Below, piece after piece: positions 24,801 to 34,786 of a stretch of DNA of 64,000 nt. How positions within the stretch are numbered: the first letter of the stretch is position 1; each line of letters opens with the position of its first letter. Made by a program: the position numbers and the translations under genes. The notes under the pieces were generated by a model. The model was not told the DNA's origin. It made no database searches and worked only from the letters and a program-made list of their open reading frames with translations. The stretch is from Raja brachyura. Taxonomy: Eukaryota. The stretch spans positions 88,536,001-88,600,000 of the forward strand of contig OY740788.1 of NCBI GenBank assembly GCA_963514005.1, in the 5' to 3' direction.

Positions 24801-25624
24801 CTGGGCACCATGTTATAGGAAAGATGTTGTCAAGCTTGAAAGTGTTCAGAAAAGATTAACAAGGATGTTCCCAGGACTAGAGAGTGTGAGCTGCAGGGAG
24901 AGGTTGAGTAGACTGGGTCTCTATTCCATGGAGCGTAGGAGGATGAGGGGAGATCTTATAGAGGTATATAAAACCATGAGAGGAATAGATCGGGTAGATG
25001 CACAGTCTTTTACCCAGAGTAGGGGAATCGAGGACCAGACATAGGTTCAGGGTGAAGGGGAAACGATTTAATTGGAATCCAAGGGGTAACTTTTTCACAC
25101 AGACGGTGGTGGGTGCATGGAACAAGCTGCCAGAGGAGGTAGTTGAGGCTGGGACAAGCCCATCGTTTAAGAAACAGTTGGACAGGTACATGGATAGGAC
25201 AGGTTTGGATGGTTATGGACCAAGCGCAGGCAAGTGAGACTGGGGTAGATGGGACATTGTTGGCTGGTGTGGGTGAGTTGGGCTAAAGGGCCCGTTTCCA
25301 CTGTATTACTCTATGACTATAACTAGTTTGCTCCCTTTTCCCCTTTTGCTAATTGCTCTTTCTTATTCATCTTGTATATTTATGATGCCATTCGTTATAA
25401 ACTGTGATGGTATGGAGTGATTTTGTGTATTTTCTGACTGATGAACAAACTCAGCTTATGGATTCAGCAGTCTCTTGTGCCATTTACATTCTGTTTTTCT
25501 GTTACAGTCGGCGGAATCGGAGATATTCTATGCTGATATTCAGTTTGTACGACAGAATGCCAAAGCTCCAACCTTAGCAGTCAGCGAGGAGACAACCGAA
25601 TATGCTGCCATCAAACGTGCATAG
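575..25624 (+). CDS. Spliced 7-exon gene for a 364-aa inhibitory IgSF receptor: leader, V(J), V(J), TM, tail with ITIM and ITSM. join(575-623,17813-18163,19076-19420,19919-20063,21397-21440,24030-24073,25508-25624)
   Basis: All introns are GT-AG and phases chain correctly (1,1,1,2,1,0). Exon lengths are 49+351+345+145+44+44+117=1095 nt = 364 codons plus TAG, with no internal stop. Domain order is coherent. Joining the distant leader is the least certain step. Confidence 0.85.
1285..1440 (-). mobile_element. Penelope-like terminal-repeat-derived interspersed repeat
   Basis: The same GCAGATGCTGG...GACACAAAATGCTGGAGTAACTCA...GGCAGCATCTC...GTGACGTTTCGGGTCGAGACCCTTCTTCAG block recurs at about 2410-2520, 17070-17155 (opposite strand), 24082-24165 and 58105-58232 (opposite strand). 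The Penelope assignment is inferred from the hammerhead motif. Confidence 0.55.
1385..1412 (-). ncRNA. Minimal (type I, probably dimeric) hammerhead ribozyme motif
   Basis: Minus strand reads CUGAAGA-A-GGGU(CUCG)ACCC-GAAAC-GUC: both catalytic boxes, stem II, a palindromic minimal stem III and a GUC cleavage triplet. Confidence 0.55.
1480..1930 (-). mobile_element. Degraded CR1-type LINE 3' fragment
   Basis: Reverse complement of the CR1 ORF2 C-terminus and 3'UTR seen elsewhere, e.g. 24750-25320. Confidence 0.6.
2687..4648 (+). mobile_element. CR1-type LINE ORF2 fragment (endonuclease to RT), interrupted at about 3910-4510 by unclassified AT-rich DNA
   Basis: [43 protein letters not shown] and KSPGPD...[10 protein letters not shown] resumes at 4511 with [13 protein letters not shown]...[12 protein letters not shown]. 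Confidence 0.9.
4650..7438 (+). mobile_element. Degraded DIRS-type (tyrosine recombinase) retrotransposon remnant
   Basis: Fragments homologous to the DIRS copies downstream: [14 protein letters not shown] (RT/RH), FASRL and YVFPPFC (MT), KQSRPG and SHSTRAA (YR). The 3' region GGCATGAAATCACAGAGCTTCAAAGTCTTCACGTAGT matches 31434-31470. Confidence 0.8.
7441..7819 (-). mobile_element. Helitron-like non-autonomous element, 5' terminus
   Basis: Minus strand begins A|TCTATATATACTATTAAAAC followed by a GT-type microsatellite, typical of Helitron 5' ends. Confidence 0.45.
8085..9048. repeat. GC-rich interspersed repeat with TGCGCATGCGC motifs (probable non-autonomous DNA transposon)
   Basis: The terminal block TGCGCATGCGCGGTTT...TGCCTACCC...ATTACTCACGGCAC.TGCCTG recurs in direct orientation at about 12565-12718. 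Confidence 0.45.
9050..9322 (+). mobile_element. CR1 LINE RT C-terminal fragment (a 3' tail of the same family lies at about 13640-13840)
   Basis: [15 protein letters not shown]...[12 protein letters not shown]. Near-identical to 56148-56360. Confidence 0.85.
9323..12562 (+). mobile_element. 5'-truncated, frameshifted L1-type LINE (ORF2, 3'UTR, A-rich tail)
   Basis: [43 protein letters not shown] and HIFWSCP spread over successive ORFs. AATAAA and an A-rich tail at about 12530-12562. Confidence 0.92.
12719..13638 (-). mobile_element. CR1 LINE RT fragment
   Basis: ORF 12686-13525: [40 protein letters not shown]. Confidence 0.92.
13843..17045 (-). mobile_element. Ty3/Gypsy pol relic (RNase H, then integrase) split by a minisatellite
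   Basis: Minus strand: [10 protein letters not shown]...[17 protein letters not shown] (RNase H). After the array come [11 protein letters not shown]...FYWPGM (integrase zinc finger) and [10 protein letters not shown]...[10 protein letters not shown] (integrase core). Confidence 0.85.
14498..16850. repeat. About 2.35-kb minisatellite of 24-nt (GCGTGTCTGCGTGGGCTCTGGGAA) and 16-nt (GCGTGGGCTCTGGAAA) units
   Basis: Directly visible, roughly 100 units. The units contain no stop codon, which explains the long ORFs in all six frames. Confidence 0.97.
17160..17483. mobile_element. Possible PIF/Harbinger-type MITE end
   Basis: GC-rich segment ending AAGTGGGTCAGGCCCT followed by TAA. Only one terminus is visible. 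Confidence 0.25.
17813..18163 (+). CDS. Exon 2: V-set Ig domain 1 with germline J-like G strand
   Basis: Acceptor ttattacccacAG and donor A|GTGAGT, phase 1-1. LIQSPG...GETVEIRC...DVHWY...RFQLSRD...YSLTI...[23 protein letters not shown] carries the canonical Cys, Trp, D-x-A-x-Y-x-C and FGxG. Confidence 0.93.
19076..19420 (+). CDS. Exon 3: V-set Ig domain 2 with germline J-like G strand
   Basis: Acceptor ttttccctttcaAG and donor G|GTAAGT, phase 1-1. LIQFPR...EGHTARLWC...[17 protein letters not shown]...RPGFTERF...[23 protein letters not shown]. Confidence 0.93.
19919..20063 (+). CDS. Exon 4: short stalk and transmembrane helix
   Basis: Acceptor tttttcAG, donor GG|GTGAGT. Translation [49 protein letters not shown]: a 24-residue uncharged helix followed by KK stop-transfer residues. 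Confidence 0.88.
20198..20500 (+). mobile_element. tRNA-derived V-SINE (HE1-like)
   Basis: tRNA-like head with a GGTTCGATTC B box, a central GAGTTTG...TTCTC.CCGTG...GGGTTT..TCCGGGTGCTC domain, and a GGGCCTGTTTCCACGCTGTATC tail shared with CR1 3' ends. Multiple copies in the window. Confidence 0.8.
20840..21128 (-). mobile_element. tRNA-derived V-SINE (HE1-like)
   Basis: Reverse-complement copy of 20198-20500. Confidence 0.8.
21397..21440 (+). CDS. Exon 5: cytoplasmic, (G)[14 protein letters not shown]
   Basis: Acceptor tcatttcgctAG, donor CAG|GTAAAA. Phase 2-1 fits both neighbours. Contains a YxxV motif. Confidence 0.75.
21715..21935 (+). mobile_element. CR1 3' end fragment
   Basis: VNLWNLLP...AVEA motif and a GGGCCAAATGGCCTAA..CTGCTCCTAT tail. 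Confidence 0.7.
23066..23330 (+). mobile_element. tRNA-derived V-SINE (HE1-like)
   Basis: A box GGCGCAGTGGTAGAG, B box GGTTCAATCC, central domain and shared tail. Confidence 0.8.
23405..23975 (+). mobile_element. 5'-truncated CR1 LINE with internal deletion
   Basis: [11 protein letters not shown]...[10 protein letters not shown], then FFTQRVV..WNELP and a GTTATATG-type tail. Confidence 0.88.
24030..24073 (+). CDS. Exon 6: cytoplasmic, (V)[14 protein letters not shown]
   Basis: Acceptor ttattttatttcAG, donor ATG|GTAAGT. Phase 1-0 bridges exon 5 to exon 7. Confidence 0.75.
24313..25320 (+). mobile_element. 5'-truncated CR1 LINE
   Basis: [50 protein letters not shown] and a CTCTATGACTAT tail. 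Confidence 0.9.
25508..25624 (+). CDS. Exon 7: terminal exon with ITIM (IFYADI) and ITSM (TEYAAI)
   Basis: Acceptor tttttctgttacAG, phase 0. [38 protein letters not shown]. Confidence 0.88.
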   Translation, partial: SAESEIFYADIQFVRQNAKAPTLAVSEETTEYAAIKRA

Positions 25625-27455
25625 TGACTGACTAAATGTCACCCCTCAGGGTTCTTCTGGCTGGTATCTGTCAACGCACAGAACTCCCGAATGTCACAGA
25701 TCTTCGTTCTGGTTCTTAGGCAAATGCCTCAATATTTTCTTCATCTTAATCTCACATAAAGTGATAGCCGACAGGTTGATCTACTCCTGTCACATTTATT
25801 ATATTAATGTAGTTTCCCAGTCTACGCAACAACTCACAACTCATACATTCGCAGTTTCCTTTGTTATAATTTAAGACTCTAGTTTCAGATCAAAGCAAAT
25901 AATTTCAATTTATATCACTCACTCTTCCCAAAGCTTTATATGCAATTAACGTAAATATACCACAAAGACGTACAAGTTTGGAGGTTAATTGACTTCAGTA
26001 AAATTGTAAATTTTACTTCGGAGTCACGTGAGTGACTACGTGAAGAAGGCCGTCCCACGCATGCGCGTCATTACGTCTGACGCATTGCTCAACGACTGAC
26101 TAGCAGGCGCGTCGCTCCTTCCAGCGGGTACGTTTAAAAGGTCCAGGTAAGTGTTTTTTCAAACAGCTTTTGCTGGAATGGTTGCTCCTGGTTTGGAGTA
26201 AATTTGTTGAGGAAATTTTTGTATTGTGTTTCTACAAATATGTCGAAGGTGAAGAGGCGAGCCGCGACCAAAACGGCTGCGGAAGACCACGGGCCTGCGG
26301 GCAGCGTTCGACCGCTGAATTCACCTAAAGATCTGCTGGTAGAGCAGCCAGCAGACACTGACTTGGCTACTCCACGGGGGAGGAAAGCCACTAGGAAGTC
26401 TGTAAGGGCCCTGGACTCTGAGGAGTCGGGCCAGGGGGACGTGGACGAGTTCCCTCCTCAGGGCAGTGATACCGGCAGGCGGGCCCAGCTGGAGAGCCTT
26501 GTGGAGAGGTTACTGCAGCACGATACGCTCCAGAGGAAGGAGCTATCGGAGCCCGGGGAATTTATTGTACCCGAGGCAGCAGCACCTGTGACAGGGATGC
26601 GTGATATCTCCCTGTCTGATGAAGGGAGCGTACAAGGTCAGAGCCATGCTGACCCAGAGTACAGAGGCACAGTTGGGCTAGAGGGACCATAGGGTGGATT
26701 GGCCATAGCCCTCACTGGGAGCCATTGGACACAGAGCTCGCCGAGAATATTAATTATATGGCTTCCCATCCTCTGCAAGAACAGACGATGGAGGAGACCA
26801 CTGCCAGGTACACTAATCCACAGAACTGTGCCTCACTGAGTGTCCCCATAGTAAACCAATCTATATGGGGGCGGATTGGAGGGGGCGTCAGAGCCCAGGA
26901 GGTTAAATTGCAGAAGGTACTCCGGCTACTCGCCTCGGGCATCACGGCCTTTGCAAGGTCAGTGGAGGGGGCGCCTCTCTCAGAGACTCAGGAGGACGCG
27001 TTGGCATTAATGTGCAATGCACATTTTGAAATTAATTGTATTCCGTAAAAATGCCATCCGTCCTACCATTAACCCTAAATGTGCTGGACTTTGTAAATCG
27101 GGGACAGTTCAACCCCCAGACCTCCTATTTGGAGAAAACCCGAGTAAACAGGTGAAAGATTTGGACGAAGAGTCTAAGACTGTGGGGCCCATCAAGGTGC
27201 CTCCAAAGGGGTCGTCTTTTTCAGACTGTATCCCTACCCTCAGGGGCCTGCAAAACGGATCACATGGTATGGTGGACGAAGTATGGAGCAAGCTACACAG
27301 AGGCCTTTTTTAGGGCGGGGCCTGAGCCGGGCTATGTTCAAGATGTGGCGCCCTCTAGCAGTCCTACCCCCCAGCCCTCGGGGGCAGAAACAGAGACGTT
27401 ACCGCCGGTAAATCCTAAGGTAGGTGCAACTGTAATGGATACATTGGGATACATT

Positions 27456-28518
27456 GGGCAAACTGGTTCCATTGGGCCTCGGCACCCCCATGTGTAACTG
27501 GCTACTGGACTTCCTCACTGACAGACCTCAGTCTGTGAGGGTTGGAAATAACACCTCCAATACCATCTCTCTGAGCACCGGCTCCCCTCAGGGCTGTGTC
27601 CTGAGTCCACTGCTGTTCACCCTGATGACTCACGACTGTTGTGCCAGGTTTAGTACAAACCACATCATGAAGTACGCAGATGACACAACAGTGGTGGGCC
27701 TCATCAGGGACGACAATGAGCTGGCTTACAGGGAGGAGGTGAAACAACTGGCGGACTGGTGCAATACGAACAACCTGATCCTGAATGTCGAGAAAACAAA
27801 GGAGGTTATCGTCGACTTCAGGAAAACCCGGCACAGTCCCACACCACTTCACATCAATGACAGCGATGTGGAGGTGGTCAGTAGCACTAAGTTCCTGGGG
27901 GTGCAGATCACTAACAGTCTGACCTGTTCAAATAACATCTCATCAACAGTTAAGAGAGCGCAGCAGCGGTTGCACTTTCTGCGCCGGATGAGAAGAGCTC
28001 ACCTCCCCCATCCCATCCTCACTACTTTCTACAGGGGCACCATAGAGAGTATTTTGACCAGCTGTATCTCTGTCTGGTTTGGGGACTGTAGAGCCTCCGA
28101 CTGGAAGTCTGTGCAGAGAGTGGTGAGGACAGCGGAAAAAATCATCGGGACCTATCTCCCCTCAATCGGGGATATTGCGACCAAACGCTGTGTGTCTAAG
28201 GCCAGCAGTATTATAAAAGACCCCACACATCTCCATCACGGACTGTTCACTCTGCTGCCCTCGGGAAAAAGATACCGCAGCATAAGGAGCAGAACATCAA
28301 GGTTCCGCAACAGCTTCTTCCCTCGAGCCATCAGACTCCTGAATGCCACGTAAATGGGCTGCCACTATTGTCTATTTACCCTTTTCATACATACCTATCC
28401 TTCGGTTAATTTATTGTGTTGCACAGGGAGCCAAATGCAACGTAATTTCGTTTGGAACTGCATATATCAATGTATTTCTAAATGACAATAAAGTTTGTTT
28501 GACTTTTTGACTTTGACT
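27456..28518 (+). mobile_element. 5'-truncated Rex1/Babar-like LINE nested in the DIRS
   Basis: Open 299-aa frame with [23 protein letters not shown] and [36 protein letters not shown] at 28487, a (TTTGAC)n tail, and a TACATT target duplication at 27450-27455 and 28519-28524. Confidence 0.88.
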
Positions 28519-30031
28519 TACATTACAAGTTGGGGGGAGATTGCAATTTTTCTTACATGAATGGCAGTGGATAACATCTAACCCGTTTATACTGCATAGT
28601 ATTCAAGGTTTTCAAATTGAGTTAATTTCTGACTTGCCTCCACCTGCTCAGCACACGCCTGGCCGTAAGTTTGTGTTTTCACAACAGGAGTGTGTTAGTG
28701 CACAAAAAGAGCTAGAGTCTTTGTTTAAAAAAGGTGTAATTGAAAGGGAAAGGCGTGAGTCTTATCAATTTGTGTCCAACATCTTTATGAGGCCAAAAAA
28801 GGATGGAGGATGTAGAATTATTTTAGATTTGACAGAGCTTAACACATTTGTGCAGTATAAACATTTCAAAATGGAAACGTTTGTTACAGCTAAACAACTG
28901 CTTTCCAGGGGATGTAATATGGCAAGCATTTACCTCAAAGATGCTTACTATTCAGTTGTCATTCATGAGCAGCACAGATATTTTTTGAAGTTTAACTGGA
29001 TGGATCAGTTCTGGCAGTTTAAAGCTTTGCCTAACAGATTAACTTTGGCTCCCAGACTATTCACAAAATTGCTCAAACCAGTCCTGGGTGACTCATAGCA
29101 CAAAATCGCATTATCATGGCATACTTGGATGACATTTTAGTCATTGGGAGGACTTTTGAATTAGCTGAATCATCTGTGGCAGCTACAAAACTCGTTTTCG
29201 AAAAGATTGGATCCATTATTCATCCATTTAAGTCTAAATTGGTGCCATTTAAGATAATTGACTATTTGGGGTTCACCATTAACTCAGTACACATGTCAGT
29301 GACTGTCTCAGGGCAAACAATTAGACTTAATTGAAGCCTGCAGGAAACTCATTGATGATAATCACCCGTCTATTAGACATGTGGCTCGGGTAATTGGGAA
29401 ATTAGTGGGAGCATTCCCAGCTGCTCAATTCGGGCCTTTGCACTACCATAATTTACAGCGTGCAAAGGAACACGCACTTAAACTTCAGAGAGGTCATTTC
29501 GATAGACCCATGCAGCTATCAGCTGACGCTCTAACTGAGTTACAATGGTGGATAGCCAATATTCAGTGCTGCTCTGGTACTATCATAGTCAATACACCAT
29601 CAGTGCATTGGGTCCAAACACTACACAAACTGAGACTGGACAGTATGAGTTTGTCCGGCAATAATGTCACCTTTTTCATTAGGGACCTCATCAAACAGAG
29701 CAGGCCAGGGGTACTAGGGCTCAAGTTGAGTTTCATGGCATATCCCTCAGATCCACGTGTGTGTGTCATATCATCCATAACCCATTACATTAAGGTCACC
29801 AGGAGCTTGAGAGGCTCGGAACTCTCCCTTTTGGTCAGCTACACCAAATCTCACAAACAGGTTACGGTGCAGACCATCTCTAGATGGATCAAACAGGTTC
29901 TGGCGTAGGCAGGTGTGGACACTGACATTTTTAAACCTCATTCCACCAGGGCTGCATCGACGTCAGCAGCAAGGGACATGGACCTTCCTCTTGACCAAAT
30001 TCTGGCAGCTGAAGGATGGTCGAATGAGAGG

Positions 30032-31213
30032 ACATAGAAACATAGAAATTAGGTGCAGGAGTAGGCCATTCGGCCCTTCGAGCCTGCACCGCCATTCAAT
30101 ATGATCATGGCTGATCATCCAACTCAGTATCCCGTACCTGCCTTCTCTCCATACCCTCTGATCCCCTTAGCCACAAGGGCCACATCTAACCCTCTGTGGC
30201 AGACAGTTCCAGAGACCCACCACTCTCTGTGTGAAAAAAGTCCTTCTCAACTCAGTCCTAAAGGATTTCCCCCTCATCCTGAAGCTATGACCCCTTGTCC
30301 TGGACCTCCCCAACATCTGGAACAATCTTCCTGCATCTAGCCTGTCCTAGCCTGCATCTTATAGAAACTTACAAAATTCTTAAGGGGTTGGACAAGCTAG
30401 ATGCTGGAAGATTGTTCCCGATATTGGGGGAGTCACAGTCCAAGGATAAGGGGGAATTCCTTTAGGACCAAGATGAGGAAAACATTCTTTACACAGAGAG
30501 TGGTGGGTCTCTGGAATTCTCTGCCACAGAAGGTAGTTGAGGCCAGTTCATTGGCTATATTTAAGAGGGCGTTAGATGTGGCACTTGTGGCTAAAGGGAT
30601 CAGGGGGTATGGAGAGAAGGCAGGTACAGGATACTGAGTTGGGTGATCAGCCATGATCACATTGAATGGCGGTGCAGGCTCGAAGGGCCGAATAGCCTTC
30701 TCCTGCACCTATTTTTCTATGTTTCTATGTAACCCCTTAAGAATTTTGTAAGTTTCTATAAGATCCCCTCTCAATCTCTTAAATTCCCCGTTTTCTCTCT
30801 CCCTCCCTTCTTAAAAAGAGGGGTTACGTTTGCAACCCGCCAATCCTCAGGAACTACTCCAGAATCTAAAGAGTTTTGAAAGATTATCACTAATGCATCC
30901 ACTATTTCCAGAGCTACTTCCTTAAGTACTCTGGGATGCAGCCTATCTGGCCCTGAGGATTTATCGGCCTTTAATCCATTCAATTTACCCAACACCACTT
31001 CCTGACTAACCTGGATTTCACTTAATTCCTCCTTTGGCCCGCGGTCCCCTGCTATTTCTGGCAGATTATTTATGTCTTCCTTAGTGAAGACGGAACCAAA
31101 GTAGTTATTCAATTGTTCAGCCATATCCTTGTTCCCCATGATCAACTCACCTGTTTCTGACTGCAAGGGACCTACATTTGTTTTAACTAATCTCTTTCTC
31201 TTCACATATCTAT
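30032..31213. mobile_element. Composite CR1 insertion in the DIRS YR gene: a minus copy split by an inverted plus copy
   Basis: Minus 3' end at 30032-30345, plus 3' end with tail at 30356-30730, minus continuation and RT fragment at 30731-31213. Confidence 0.85.
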
Positions 31214-32199
31214 CAGAGGTTATATAATAAGCCTGTTGCCAGATCCGGGGGGTTTGCTGACTCTGTTTTAAGTTCTGTTTCACAGTTTCCCCCTGGGTGA
31301 GAGGGGTCACTGTTTGTTTTTCTTTTCTGTTATTAAACCGTTACTATTGTTAAAACATGTCATGTTTGAATGCATTAATTTTCTCACTCGTCCTTATCAA
31401 TTGATGCAGCTGTGACACGTGGACTCGTTCCTCGGCATGAAATCACAGACCTTCAAAGTCTTCACGTAGTCACTCACGTGACTCCGAAGTAAAATAGTAA
31501 ATGAGGGATTACGTGAAGAAGGCCATCCCCACGCATGCGCGTTAATATTCAAAGCAACGGTGTGAAGTCACAGATAACAGTTGTTGAACTAACATAGTAA
31601 GATTATAGATGACTAGAACTACCAGATGATCATTAAGTTACGAGGGTAGGGAGCGGAGGGCACGTAATCCCTCATCGTAACTCCTCATAAAATAACGATC
31701 AAACTTCGAACTGGTAAGTTCTCATTTAATCTTACTATTGTCCCTAGTGTTTGTAGTGCGTGGGGATCACTGGTCAGCGCAGATTCAGGTGCTCCAAAGG
31801 GACTGTTTCCATGCTGCATCTCTAAACTAAACTAAACTATTAACAAACCTTTTCTCATTGCACGTAACTAGTTGAAATTAACCTTTCCCTTTGTTGATTC
31901 TTCAGCATGCCGATATAGAATATCATCTTTTACACGTGCTGCAAATTCATCTATACGATTAGTGCTAATTTTATTTCCCAGACCCGATGTGAATTAAAAT
32001 CCCAAGATATCACTATGATGCGTTGCTACATTACCCTCTCAACTTGATTTCCCACTGATATCTGTGGTCAGATGAGCTGACTACAAATTAATTAGTCATT
32101 TTCCTCTTAATATGCCTAATTTCACCCATTACATGTTCGTTAGCTTATCCTCTATTTATGCTCATGAATTACCTACAATACCGTGACCTTTAGGACAAA

Positions 32200-34786
32200 C
32201 ATTAATCGAACAATTATGTACATATAAAAGATATTTTTCCCATCTGTCTTTGGGAATTTTTAAGCAATTCCTGTTCCCACTCTCTTCTAATTACATCTGC
32301 CGATGGAATTTCTATATTTAGAATGATATTGTACAAGTATGATATTAAATTATTTGACTCTGCATTTCTATTCATACCTTCATCTAATATATCTGGCAGC
32401 AGAGTTTGATACTCGTGGATATATGTTTTCAAATAATCTCGAATTTGAAGATATCTGAAATATTGATTACCTTTCAGATTGTATTTTGATTGTAAATTCT
32501 GAAATGATGAAAGGTTTCCCATTTCGTACAAATCTCTAACCTTTTTAAGACTTCCTAGTCTTTCCCAATTAATATAGTATATATTCTATATCTATAGTAC
32601 ATGGTTTGAACGACGGATTATTAGCTATTGGAGAAAGAAGAGATAGATTTCTTAGTTTAAGAGTAAGTTTTACTTGTCTCCAAATTCGTAAAGTGCTATG
32701 AATAATCGGGTTTTTCTTGTATATTGTATTCTTCAACTTTATTGGGGAGAGAAGGATCGCGCCTACGTTAAAAGGCAAACAATCCTCTCTCTCCATTACT
32801 AACCACTCTACCTGTTGACCTGAATTGTTCAGCCAGTGAATTACATTTTTAATATTCACTGCCCAGTAATAGTAGAAGAAATTAGGGAGCGCCAGTCCAC
32901 CGAATTCATTGGGTTTACATAAATGCCGTGTATGAATTCTGTGTGATTTATGATCCCAAATAAAATTTGTAATGTGGGAATCAAGTTTTTTTTTAATTTT
33001 CAGGTAGATGAAAATTGATTGAAATAAGTAGAGAGTTTTTGGGAGAAAATTCATTTTTATGACATTTATTCTGCCTATTAGAGACATCGGAAATGTTTTG
33101 CAGAATTGAATCAAAGCGTTTAATTTAGCAATTAAAGGCAGGAAGTTTGCATTGAATTTTCTAGTTACTTGGATACCCAAGTATTTACATTTTTCTGTAG
33201 CAGTTCAAAAAGGAAATTTTTAAAGGTGTGTCATCTCTTGGGGTTTTATCACCACGATTTCACTTTTATTCCAGTTTATTCTAAATCCTGAGAAACAACC
33301 AAATTCCGCTATTAGATTAAATATATTTGGTATACTAACTTGAGATTTTGTAATGTATAATAATACGTTATATGCATATAATTATATTTTATTATTGGAA
33401 TGTTTAGTATTGTAACGGTGAATATTTGGATGCCTTCTTATACTTTCTGCTAATGGGCTCTATCGCAAGAGCAAATAGCAGGGATGATAATGCACAACTC
33501 TGTCTATTGCCCCTGGATAAGTGAAATTTCTGAGAAAGTATGTGGTTGGTCAATATTCTAACATACGGCCTGTCATATAATAATTTTATCCATGAAATAA
33601 AGTTCTCTCCCATCTGAAAATTTTGCAGTACTGTGAAGAGGTATTCCCATATGACTTGTTTTTGCTGCATCTAATGAAATAATTGATAAGTCTTCTTCAA
33701 TTTTGTGTGAATACATTATATTAAAAAGATGTCTCAGATTATTAAATGAATGTTTCTTGGGTATAAACCCTGTTTGATCCGCATGTTTTAATTTACTAAC
33801 GTATTTACTTAATCTTCTTGCCAGAGTTTTCGCTAGTATTTTCTGATCTGTATTTAATAATGCAATAGCTCTGCATGAACCAGGATCTTCTAGATCTTTA
33901 TCTTTTTTGGGTATGAACGTAATAGTTGATTCAGCTAGTGTTTCTGGTGGTGTCTGTTCTTTAAATGCATATGTGTAAAGCCTGTGCAAACGAGGTGAAA
34001 TTACCTTGTAAACTCTTTTATAAAATTCATTACTGAATCCATCTGGACCCGGAGTATTACCATTCTTCAGTGAGTTTATTGTCTCTTCTATTTCTTTGAT
34101 TGAAACCTGTGCTCCTAGTTCCTCTTGTTCCAACGGATTAAGTTTTGGGAGATTGCAGTTGTCCAGAAAGTTTATAATTTTATTGTTGTCTGTTGTTGTT
34201 TTGGATAAATTTTGATAAAATTGAGCAAATCTTTTATTAATGTCTTTAGGCAGCATTAACACTTCACCTTTATCTGATTGATTTTTAGAATAGTGTGATC
34301 CTTTTCCACTTTTTTCAGCTGACGTGCCAGCAGCTTGTGTGGCTTATCGCCGAATTCGAAATTAATCTAATGACTCTTGCAGATAAAATTTGGTTTAGTT
34401 TAAATTTCAATATTGTTATCTTGTTGTGTTTATCTATAGTTGGATCTTTCGCGTTTTCAAAATCAAGTTGTCTAATTTGTTCTTCTAGTTGCAATTGTTC
34501 CGTCCTATTTTTATTTTGAAAAGCTTGGTATGAAATAATAGAACGCCTGATAAAAGCCTTAAATGATTCCCATAATAGGGAGGGTGAGGTGTCTGGGGTA
34601 TCGTTGGTCTCAAAGAAAATCCATCTGTGTTTTAGGTATACATAACCGTCTGGGTGGTTTACAATTTGGGGATTGAACCTCCAACACGATTTTTTATTGT
34701 GCATTCCTTCTAGTTTTAGGAAGAAGGTTAATGGAGAGTGATCAGAGATCACACTATTATGATATTTAGGATTAGTTGTAAAGAGA
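32200..34786 (-). mobile_element. Doubly truncated L1 ORF2 fragment between ~140-bp direct repeats
   Basis: ISDHSPL, PGPDGF, AIALLNTDQKIL, DQTGFIP and YFRYLQIRD in frameshifted ORFs. No 3'UTR or polyA. Flanks 32052-32199 and 34787-34927 are direct repeats. Confidence 0.88.

Larger units (their letters stand above)
26010..31739 (+). mobile_element. DIRS1-like retrotransposon with both termini, an internal deletion and nested LINEs, inserted into a SINE
   Basis: Left end TTACTTCGGAGTCACGTGAGTGACTACGTGAAG is perfectly complementary to the ICR at 31460-31492. Right end is ...TTAATCTTACTATT. gag-like ORFs at 26204-27313; RT (KKDGGCRIILDL, LKDAYYS, AYLDDIL) at 28541-29334. A deletion at about 29605 joins RH to YR (KQSRPG, KPHSTRAA). 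Confidence 0.92.
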
